Assembly: GCA_024405635.1 (NCBI GenBank)
Contig: JAKSOL010000025.1
Coordinates: 1-42,975, forward strand
Origin: Salinivirgaceae bacterium
Lineage (GTDB): Bacteria; Bacteroidota; Bacteroidia; Bacteroidales; SZUA-534
Length of the DNA stretch: 42,975 nt
Direction: 5' to 3'
Below are positions 29,185 to 37,279 of the stretch, piece by piece. Below the pieces are notes generated by a model that saw only the letters and a list, made by a program, of their open reading frames with translations, had not been told where the DNA came from and searched no databases. A program made the translations under genes and the position numbers. How positions within the stretch are numbered: the stretch's first letter is position 1; every line of letters starts with the position of its first letter.

Positions 29185-31872
29185 ATGAGAATTAAATTAA
29201 AACTCAGTTCGCGCATCTTCCTATCGGTAATGGGAGTGGCTTTTATTGTTATATTAACCACTATAGCGCTGGTAAACAGTCAGTTCCGCGGAGCGTCGCA
29301 AGTAACAATCAATACGCAATCAGAGTCGTCAATTGATATTTTGAAGGCTCGTTTTGACAATACAATTTTGGCCGAAGAGGAAAAAATTGAGCAAATGGCG
29401 CGCATTGTTGAAAGCACTTTGATGCTTGCCGATTTTGAATCGAGTCAGCAATATTTGACAAAAGTGATGCTGGCAGCAGTTGAAACAAACCGTAACTGGG
29501 CCTATGTTTGGTTGAGTTTGAAAAACAGTTTTGCAATGCCAACTGCCGACCCTGGCCGTGTTCAAATTCAAGTTGAATACACTGCAATGGGCGCGCGTCC
29601 TCGTACAAGCAACATTCCCGAAGACCGCGATAACTTTAGTTTACCTTACTTTGTTTGCCTCGATTCTGCAAAAATCATGCTCTCAGAGCCTGAGTATGTT
29701 TCATTCGATGGTTTAGCACAACGCAAAGTGCTAAAATCGAGTCTTATGTATCCTTTGCGCGACAATAGTGGCGATTTGATAGGCGTTTTTGGCATCGATA
29801 TTAAATTGGACACCCTACAAGGTTTGGCTACTGAACTAGGTCGCAAAACCGATATTTCGCTTATGCTTATGTCGGCAAACGACAAAGTGATTACTCATAC
29901 CAATAGTAGCAAAGTCGATTTGAATATTAAAGATGCCGAGTCGGCATTACATAAAACCCTTTCAAAATTCAATACAAACGATACGGCTTTTGTGCTTTAC
30001 GATCAAAATGGAGACGACAGCGTATATTGTTCGGTTCGTTCTGTTGATTTGCATGGTTTGTGCGCCGATTGGCGTGTGATTTCAACAGCCAAGGTTGAGG
30101 CGGTTGATCGCATAGCGTCAAGTTCAAAAGCTGGTCTTACCAAAATTCTTTGCATTGGATTCTTGGTTCTTATTGGTGTCGTTTTCCTTTACACAATAAG
30201 CCTTATCACTTCAATAGGCAAAGTGTCAAATACCATTGAGATAATGTCAACCGGACAAGTTGATAATCAACTGCACATAAAAACACTTGGGGTTGATGTA
30301 TTGGGGCAAATGGTAGATTCAACTAACAAAGTGCTTGACGGAATGTTGCAGGTTACAAAATTTGCAGAGGAGATAGGCAATGGTAACTTTAACTACAAGT
30401 TTGAACCACTCAGCAAAAGCGATGCGTTGGGAAATTCAATTGTAGGCATGCGCGATAGCTTGCAATTAGCACAAAAAGAGGAAGATGATCGCCGCATTGA
30501 GGAAGAACATTTAAACTGGGCCTCAAGTGGTGTAAACATATTTAACCGAGTGATGCGCCAAGACAACCTTAATCTTAAGACATTGTCAATGGCTATAGTT
30601 GAAAATCTGGTTAACTATTTGGGCGCGCAAATGGGAGGTTTCTACATTTTGAGCGAGGATAAACAATCGCTTGAACTGACTGCTCAACTTGGTTTCTCAA
30701 TCGAAAAATTGAACAAAAAAGAAATTGCCCCAGGCGATGGCCTAGTAGGTCGTACATTGCTCGAAAAAGAAACAATATTTATTAGTGATATTCCTGCCGA
30801 TACCGCAAAAATTGGATCGGGACTTGGAACTTCGTTGCCAAAATCGGCAATGTCGGTTCCATTAATCAACAACAAAGAACTGACTGGCGTTATTGAGTTG
30901 TATTCGTTCAAAATGTTTGAGCCATATCAAATTCAGTTTGTTGAAAAAATAGCCGAAACAGTTGCATCTAATATTGTAACAGTTAGGGCAAACGCCACAA
31001 CAAAAGAATTGCTTGAAGAGTCGGAACGAAACGCAAACGACATTAAACAACAAGAGAGCGTCCTTACTCAAAATATGCAAGAGATGCGTATGAAACAAGA
31101 GGAAGACGATATTAAGCAAGGCGCAATGTCCAACACCATTGATTGCTTGCGTAACTCAATGCCAATGATTGAATACAGCATTGATGGCAAAATAACCAAA
31201 GTGAACAAAAAATTTGTCGATTTGGTTAAAACACGCAGCGACAAGTTTGTTGGCAAATACGACTTTGGTCGCAACTACCTAAACGAAAAACAACAAGATG
31301 AGCACGATCGTTTTTGGATATCGCTACGTCAGGGCAATGTTATGCAACTTGACGAGGAGTATGCAGTAGGCGACGAAAAAGTATATGTGCACAAAATGTA
31401 TGTGCCAATAACTAACGACAACGGAATTGATAGCGTTGTAGCGGTATGCTACGACAATACAGAGTTGAAACAACTTGAGGCAAAACTCGAGGCAATTCAA
31501 AATGGTGAATTTGAAACCAACGACACTCAAAAACCTGAATTTATATCGCTCAATATCGACAAGATTAGAGAAGCATATCAAGATGATGAAAAAATATCGG
31601 CAGTGCTGAGCAAATACCGCACACAAATTACCGAAGAACTTGAGGCTCTAACCGTTGCACTACACGATGGCGACATGAAAGAGGTTAAAACCCAAGCTAA
31701 ACTAATCCGAACCAAAATGGAGAACATGGGCGAAACCGCAGTTTCAGGAAAAATGAGCGATATACTTGCCGCAATAGCCGACGGCAACACCGACAACATT
31801 TCGGTAATTTTTGAATCGGCAAAAGTACGCTGGTCGTTGGTGGCAAGCGAAATGGCAAAACTGATTATGTAA
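29185..31872 (+). CDS. Membrane sensor: TM-Cache-TM-HAMP-GAF-coiled coil-PAS-Hpt-like
   Basis: LSEP..YPLRD..IGVFGIDIKL (Cache), FAEEIGNGNF..DALGNSIVGMR (HAMP), GDGLVG..SVPLI..GVIEL (GAF), IEYSIDGKITKVNKKF..FWISL (PAS). Confidence 0.8.
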   Translation: MRIKLKLSSRIFLSVMGVAFIVILTTIALVNSQFRGASQVTINTQSESSIDILKARFDNTILAEEEKIEQMARIVESTLMLADFESSQQYLTKVMLAAVETNRNWAYVWLSLKNSFAMPTADPGRVQIQVEYTAMGARPRTSNIPEDRDNFSLPYFVCLDSAKIMLSEPEYVSFDGLAQRKVLKSSLMYPLRDNSGDLIGVFGIDIKLDTLQGLATELGRKTDISLMLMSANDKVITHTNSSKVDLNIKDAESALHKTLSKFNTNDTAFVLYDQNGDDSVYCSVRSVDLHGLCADWRVISTAKVEAVDRIASSSKAGLTKILCIGFLVLIGVVFLYTISLITSIGKVSNTIEIMSTGQVDNQLHIKTLGVDVLGQMVDSTNKVLDGMLQVTKFAEEIGNGNFNYKFEPLSKSDALGNSIVGMRDSLQLAQKEEDDRRIEEEHLNWASSGVNIFNRVMRQDNLNLKTLSMAIVENLVNYLGAQMGGFYILSEDKQSLELTAQLGFSIEKLNKKEIAPGDGLVGRTLLEKETIFISDIPADTAKIGSGLGTSLPKSAMSVPLINNKELTGVIELYSFKMFEPYQIQFVEKIAETVASNIVTVRANATTKELLEESERNANDIKQQESVLTQNMQEMRMKQEEDDIKQGAMSNTIDCLRNSMPMIEYSIDGKITKVNKKFVDLVKTRSDKFVGKYDFGRNYLNEKQQDEHDRFWISLRQGNVMQLDEEYAVGDEKVYVHKMYVPITNDNGIDSVVAVCYDNTELKQLEAKLEAIQNGEFETNDTQKPEFISLNIDKIREAYQDDEKISAVLSKYRTQITEELEALTVALHDGDMKEVKTQAKLIRTKMENMGETAVSGKMSDILAAIADGNTDNISVIFESAKVRWSLVASEMAKLIM

Positions 31873-31888
31873 CGAAAACCTCATCACA

Positions 31889-34243
31889 ATGGCACGAAAA
31901 GGTATTTCTTTATACGGAAAAATGATGCTCGTCCTTTCGGGAGCATCTGTAATAGTGTTTTCAGCCGCATTGGGCTACGTTATTCAAAATATGAGCCGCC
32001 AGTTTATTGAAACGGTTCAAACCGAGCAAGAGTGCAAGGCCACAAACATTATTCATCGCGTTGAATCGGAAGTTAACGTATATACAAGCAAAGTGCAAAC
32101 AATGGCAAACATTTTGGCACAATATGAGCGTTTGGAAAATGTTGACCGCCGCAAATACTTCGTCGATGTGCTACAAACCGAACTTGGTTACGACAAGTCG
32201 GCAATGTCGCTTTGGACACTTTGGAACCCCGAGGTGCTTGATGGACTTGACGAAGAGATTGACGAATCTACCGGTCAACCTTACGGAACTTTTCGTGTTG
32301 CATATAAACGCAATGGTTTTAACGATGTGCAAAAAGTGCCAGTTAACCCTGGCTTTTTGTCGGGCCGTGGATTAGGTTTCTTGCGCGACACCAACAAAGT
32401 TTCGGTTGTCGGTCCTTATACTTTTCGTTACAGCCACAAAAAAGGAACTGTTAACCTGCTTACTATTGGAGCTCCAATTATGCAATGGGACTCTTTTGTT
32501 GGCACAGTGGGAATGGACTTTGATTTAGCTAGTTTAGCCGACACTCTTAAATCTATTTCCAAAGAAAGTAACTTCAATATCTATCTTTCGGCCGATAGCT
32601 TAATTGTTTACCACCCCGACACTTCGTTAGTTTGCCAACACGATAGCCTTGTAATGCCAGCTGGTTGCGACTCAATAGGCTATACAACATTCAACGCACT
32701 CGATATGGACAAGAAAATGGCAAATTTCTATTTCTCGCCAATTTATTTGAACCACACCGATGCTCGTTGGAAAGTAATGGTAAGCTCACAATTGCGCAAT
32801 GTTTATTCGCAGACCAATAAATATATGGTAGCCACCATTTTTATTGTAATCATAGGCATTGTGGTGATGATAATACTAATGTCGATGTTGTGCAAAGAGG
32901 TATCGCAATCGTTAATGCGCATCAACAACCGTTTGGGAAATATGTCGCTTGGCATTTTGGCGCATCGCGAAAAACGTAACGTATTGTTCCACGACGAAAT
33001 ATCAAGCCTTGCTGAAGCTCTTGATACTTTGGTCGATGGCTTGTTTGCATCAGTCGATTTTGCAAACGAAATTGGTAAAGGTAACCTTGAGGCCGAATAT
33101 AAACTATTGAGCGACGACGATACGCTAGGCAAATCGTTGATGGCTATGCAAAAAAGTTTGAAAAACTCGCAAGTTGAAAAAGACAAGAAAAAGAAACTTG
33201 ACGACCAACGTAACTGGATTAACCATGGTTTGGCAGAGTTTGGCGACCTTATCCGTCAAGACAATAGCGACATGAACATATTTGCTGCTAATGTTTTGTC
33301 TGAATTGATAAAATACTGCGAAATGGCACAAGGAGCAATTTACCTGCGCACCGATGACATGGAGTATGACGAAGGTGTAGGATTTAAATACGAGTGTAAA
33401 GCAGCCTTTGCCTATGGAAAACAAATTATGCTTGATAAAGTAATTGATGCAAAAGATAGCGTTTTGGGACAATCGGTTGAGGATCAAAAAGTTATTTACC
33501 TTGAAAATGTTCCAGAGCGATACGTAACACTAAATCAAGGAACTAAAGACAATGCCCGTCCACGCAACGTGCTGGTTGTTCCAATGGTGGTTAACGATGT
33601 TACATTTGGAGCCGTTGAGTTGGTGTCGTACAAGCCAATTGAGCAATATTGCATCGATTTTGTAACTCACCTTTGCGAAAACATTGCTTCGGTTATTTCA
33701 AGCATCAATACAAACAAAAACAACGAGCAACTGCTTGAAAAATCGAAATACCAAAAAGAAGAGCTTGAGCAACACGAGGAAGAAATGCAACAGAACCTTG
33801 AGGAAATGCGCGCAACACAAGAGGAGAGCGATGCTCGTCAATCAATTCTAATGTCGCAAATATCGTCGTACTACCGCATCCTAAATGTTGCCGAACTTGA
33901 TGCCGAAGGTCGAATTACCAATATATCGTCAAATTTGGCCGACATATTGGGCTTGTCGGTTGCAAATGCACGTGGTGTGCTTTACTCGTCGGTAACAACT
34001 GGTAGCGAAACCGAGCGCCGCGAGTTTGAAGACGATTGGGCAGAGTTGCTACAAAACGAGAGCAACAACCGTTTGGTTCGTACCATTGTGCGCAACAAAA
34101 AACTATGGTTAAACGAGCATTATTATGTGGTTCATTTGCCACAAGCTGACGACCGAATTTTTGTTGTGGTTGAAAACCAAAACGCAATGGCAAACGTTGA
34201 GGAAAAAATTCAACTCGAAATTGAAAGCCGCAACGAGGAATAG
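31889..34243 (+). CDS. Membrane sensor paralog: TM-Cache-TM-HAMP-GAF-coiled coil-PAS-like
   Basis: GPY..TIGAPI..VGTVGMDFDL, FANEIGKGNL..DTLGKSLMAM, VVPMV..GAVEL, QHEEEMQQNLEEMRATQEE, AELDAEGRIT. Confidence 0.8.
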   Translation: MARKGISLYGKMMLVLSGASVIVFSAALGYVIQNMSRQFIETVQTEQECKATNIIHRVESEVNVYTSKVQTMANILAQYERLENVDRRKYFVDVLQTELGYDKSAMSLWTLWNPEVLDGLDEEIDESTGQPYGTFRVAYKRNGFNDVQKVPVNPGFLSGRGLGFLRDTNKVSVVGPYTFRYSHKKGTVNLLTIGAPIMQWDSFVGTVGMDFDLASLADTLKSISKESNFNIYLSADSLIVYHPDTSLVCQHDSLVMPAGCDSIGYTTFNALDMDKKMANFYFSPIYLNHTDARWKVMVSSQLRNVYSQTNKYMVATIFIVIIGIVVMIILMSMLCKEVSQSLMRINNRLGNMSLGILAHREKRNVLFHDEISSLAEALDTLVDGLFASVDFANEIGKGNLEAEYKLLSDDDTLGKSLMAMQKSLKNSQVEKDKKKKLDDQRNWINHGLAEFGDLIRQDNSDMNIFAANVLSELIKYCEMAQGAIYLRTDDMEYDEGVGFKYECKAAFAYGKQIMLDKVIDAKDSVLGQSVEDQKVIYLENVPERYVTLNQGTKDNARPRNVLVVPMVVNDVTFGAVELVSYKPIEQYCIDFVTHLCENIASVISSINTNKNNEQLLEKSKYQKEELEQHEEEMQQNLEEMRATQEESDARQSILMSQISSYYRILNVAELDAEGRITNISSNLADILGLSVANARGVLYSSVTTGSETERREFEDDWAELLQNESNNRLVRTIVRNKKLWLNEHYYVVHLPQADDRIFVVVENQNAMANVEEKIQLEIESRNEE

Positions 34244-34269
34244 TTAACTGCTAAATATTAGATATACGT

Positions 34270-34303
34270 AAAGAGTCAGTTTGTAAAAACTGGCTCTTTT
34301 TTT
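34270..34303 (+). terminator. Intrinsic terminator
   Basis: AAAGAGTCAGTTT..AAACTGGCTCTTT followed by a T-run. Confidence 0.8.
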
Positions 34304-34336
34304 ATCTAAAATGTTGGTTATGAGCAAATGAGAGAC

Positions 34337-34354
34337 AACGTTTTGTTGGGCAAT
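34337..34354 (+). repeat. Direct repeat, left copy
   Basis: AACGTTTTGTTGGGCAAT; 17/18 identical to 39537-39554. Confidence 0.75.
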
Positions 34355-34442
34355 TAATGCAGAACTAGGTTCTGAAACCGATTGTTAATGTTTGAAAGAA
34401 AAGTTTTTTCATAAATTTTATCATATAAGTTGCACAGCATTG

Positions 34443-34456
34443 TTTTTTTTTTTTTT
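34443..34456 (+). repeat. Poly-T(14) homopolymer upstream of the peptide genes
   Basis: Fourteen consecutive T. Confidence 0.9.
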
Positions 34457-34491
34457 GTACGTCATTCTTGCGCAAATTTAGACTAACCCTA

Positions 34492-34521
34492 TTTACACTA
34501 TGGTGAAAAAATTAGTGTAAA
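34492..34521. promoter_or_regulatory. Inverted repeat (candidate operator or 5' hairpin)
   Basis: TTTACACTA-N12-TAGTGTAAA, ending 22 bp before the first peptide ATG. Confidence 0.5.
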
Positions 34522-34543
34522 AACCATTTTAGAATCAACAATT

Positions 34544-34651
34544 ATGAAAAAATTAACAAAAAGCCAAATGAAGCGAATTTACGCTGGAGCAGCAAAATCA
34601 GCATTTGCAGTACGCGGTCGTCCTCCTCAAGACGCCCAAAAAAATAAATAA
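34544..34651 (+). CDS. Double-glycine-type leader peptide precursor 1 (35 aa)
   Basis: Manual translation MKKLTKSQMKRIYAG|AAKSAFAVRGRPPQDAQKNK. The leader is homologous to precursor 2 and a C39 transporter lies nearby. Confidence 0.8.
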   Translation: MKKLTKSQMKRIYAGAAKSAFAVRGRPPQDAQKNK

Positions 34652-34667
34652 TCCAAAGTCTATAGTA

Positions 34668-34793
34668 ATGAAGAAATTATCAAAATCACAGCAGACTCAA
34701 ATTTTTGGAGGTGCTAAGGCTAAATCCGTTGGATATTGCAAAAAATGCAAGAAAAACGAATGCTCTTGCAACGATGGCAAATACAAAAGATGA
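34668..34793 (+). CDS. Double-glycine leader peptide precursor 2 (41 aa, Cys/Lys-rich core)
   Basis: MKKLSKSQQTQIFGG|AKAKSVGYCKKCKKNECSCNDGKYKR; ATG at 34668. Confidence 0.85.
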   Translation: MKKLSKSQQTQIFGGAKAKSVGYCKKCKKNECSCNDGKYKR

Positions 34794-34852
34794 TAATTCG
34801 ACCATGTTTTTTTTAAGAACAAATGCTATAAATAATAGCTTTGTGTAATAAC

Positions 34853-34903
34853 AAAGAGGGTATGTTAAAACTGACACAGTTGCGATATGCCCTCTTTATT
34901 TTT
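34853..34903 (+). terminator. Strong stem-loop between precursors and export genes (attenuator/mRNA stabiliser)
   Basis: AAAGAGGGTATGTT / GATATGCCCTCTTT stem, inner AACTG/CAGTT stem, then ATTTTT. Confidence 0.7.
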
Positions 34904-34919
34904 CCCAAAATCACCATAT

Positions 34920-37277
34920 ATGAAAAATTTTATTGTCAATCTCGTTATTTTATTACTTGCTAATGTAGTTAATGGTCAAACCATTATGGGAACTATTGCC
35001 GGTGCTGAAAAATCAAAAGTTATTAGTGCTGTAGTTATTTTACAAAATACAGACTCGCTGATGGTTGAAGCAACAACAACTGACACTGTAGGCCAATTTG
35101 TATTTAAAAACGAGTTGCAAAGTGGGCAAATACTAATTCAACACGTTGCGTATGAGAATAAAATTATATCATTCACCAATGGTGATTACTCTCAGTTAAA
35201 GCAAATTGTTTTAACCGAAAAAAGTAACCAGCTTGACGATATTACAATAAATGCGCAAGCTCATGTAGTAAAAATAGAAGGCTCAAAAATTAAAGTTAAC
35301 ACAGAAAAAATTAAAGAACGTAAGGCAGTGTCGTCAGCATTCGATGTATTAAAGTACACGCCTGGTGTTATTGTTAATGGTGACGAAGTGAAATTGCTTG
35401 GTGCCAAGCAACTTACGTTAATACTAAATGGAAAGAAAACACAATTATCAAACGACGATATAATTGAAAAACTGAAAATTCTTTCAGCCGAAAAAGTATC
35501 TAACATTGAAATTATGTACAAGGCACCATCGAAATACGACGTGTATGGTGCTATTATTAACATTGTTATTGATAAACAGCAACGAGAATCGCCTGTAACT
35601 GCTGAATTGAGGTCAAATTTTGAACAACAATATTTTGGCTATTATAAAGCATCAGAAGATATAGAATATCAAGGCGAAAAGTTAGGTTTAGAACTAATGT
35701 TAAACCAACGAGGAGGAGGGCTATATACAGGCTCTAGCGAATGTATTGAATACGAACTAAACGATACAAAAACAACAATTGCTATTGATAACAACAATCC
35801 AGAAGACTATTTGTCGGGTAGACTAAAATTTGGCTTGGATTATAATTTTTCCGACGATATAAAACTGTCGTCATATTACTATGGAAAACGGTCGATTGAC
35901 AACTATAAATATAGAGCAAATACCAACATTGGCTTACAAAACAATATAGACACAACAGAGTCAGACATTTTAAGCCGCAATAAAAAAGACAATATCATTA
36001 CAAACCATAACGCCTATATATCGTTAGATGCAAATAGTTTGTCGTTATCAGTTGATTATGTTGACTATGAGCAAGAAATAAATTCAAATTACAGCGAAAC
36101 TATTGGCACAACAAATACAGATTCATATCAAAGCACAACAAGTCAAGGGGTAGACCGACTACAAATATTATCAAACTACGATATTGTAATAAATGACCAA
36201 TGGGAAATGAATGTTGGAGCAAATGCAACATTTTCAAAATCGAATACTGAAATTAGTTACAAACGGCCTAACAATTCAAATGCTTTCGAATTTGATGCCT
36301 CCAAATACCAATTGAATATCCAAAAAGAGCGAGATTTTTCTTTGTTCACCGAATCGTATATAACTCTATTCGATAGTTTGACATTTGATATAGAACTTAA
36401 AGCCTCTTGGTTTAAATCAGACTATGAGCATAACTCTCAAAAGAAAGCACTTTGGAACAACTTTATAGTCTATCCAAGCATAAATGTTATGTGGCAACTG
36501 CAAAATAGCAGCGCATTTGATTTTACGTTCTATATGCAAAGACATTATCCAAGTTACTATTCTACAAACACCGATACTACACAAACAAGTGCAATTGTGT
36601 CGGAAGTTGGAAATCCAGAACTAAAACCAGAAATGGAATACTACACCGAAGTTACATATATACTTAATGGATTATATACATTTGGCTTGTATGGAACTTA
36701 TAGCGACAATCCCTATATATCAGCACCATACATAGATCCTCAAAACATGCAAGAGTTAACACAATCAGTTAACTTAGACTATGATTTTGAAGCAGGAGTG
36801 CAAGCGTACATACCTTTTTCTTATGGATGTTGGGATGCATCTTTAACAAGTTTCCTTTTTTGGCACAAACAATATCTTGATGATTTTCATGGAGCATCAA
36901 TTAATCAATCAAAATTGGCGCTAACACTAGATTTGTCAAATTCGTTTAGTTTTTTCGATAACAAATTAGCTTGTAACGTAGATGCTCATTACAAAAGCAA
37001 AGATATTGATGGCCTTTACAAGATGAGTAATGGCTATGGTTTAGACCTAGGGTTAAGATGGAAAATATTAAACAATTTAACACTAACATCGTATTGGGAG
37101 AACGTGTTTGGAACGTACAACCCTAATCCTGCCACTATGAATTTCAATGGTATTAAAAGTCAATACACTGATAAATCGCAAGAGTGTAGCAATTTTGTTA
37201 TTAGTCTATTGTGGCGCATAGGCAACTTTAAACCTAAAGAGATGAAAGGCGGAGACACTGGTAGAATGGGCATATAA
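34920..37277 (+). CDS. TonB-dependent-receptor-like outer-membrane beta-barrel with N-terminal carboxypeptidase-regulatory-like and plug domains
   Basis: Signal peptide; TTTDTVGQF..QHVAYE..QLDDITI; plug DVLKYTPGV..IEIMYKAPSKYD..IINIV; GNPELKPE; alternating aromatic strands. Confidence 0.82.
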   Translation: MKNFIVNLVILLLANVVNGQTIMGTIAGAEKSKVISAVVILQNTDSLMVEATTTDTVGQFVFKNELQSGQILIQHVAYENKIISFTNGDYSQLKQIVLTEKSNQLDDITINAQAHVVKIEGSKIKVNTEKIKERKAVSSAFDVLKYTPGVIVNGDEVKLLGAKQLTLILNGKKTQLSNDDIIEKLKILSAEKVSNIEIMYKAPSKYDVYGAIINIVIDKQQRESPVTAELRSNFEQQYFGYYKASEDIEYQGEKLGLELMLNQRGGGLYTGSSECIEYELNDTKTTIAIDNNNPEDYLSGRLKFGLDYNFSDDIKLSSYYYGKRSIDNYKYRANTNIGLQNNIDTTESDILSRNKKDNIITNHNAYISLDANSLSLSVDYVDYEQEINSNYSETIGTTNTDSYQSTTSQGVDRLQILSNYDIVINDQWEMNVGANATFSKSNTEISYKRPNNSNAFEFDASKYQLNIQKERDFSLFTESYITLFDSLTFDIELKASWFKSDYEHNSQKKALWNNFIVYPSINVMWQLQNSSAFDFTFYMQRHYPSYYSTNTDTTQTSAIVSEVGNPELKPEMEYYTEVTYILNGLYTFGLYGTYSDNPYISAPYIDPQNMQELTQSVNLDYDFEAGVQAYIPFSYGCWDASLTSFLFWHKQYLDDFHGASINQSKLALTLDLSNSFSFFDNKLACNVDAHYKSKDIDGLYKMSNGYGLDLGLRWKILNNLTLTSYWENVFGTYNPNPATMNFNGIKSQYTDKSQECSNFVISLLWRIGNFKPKEMKGGDTGRMGI

Positions 37278-37279
37278 AT

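Noticed and set aside
34605-34793. 62-aa ORF with a TTG start from the ORF track
   Set aside because: It overlaps precursor 1 out of frame; the ATG at 34668 gives a leader matching precursor 1.
34887-34919. Upstream ATG for the barrel gene
   Set aside because: It lies inside the hairpin; ATG 34920 begins a clean signal peptide.
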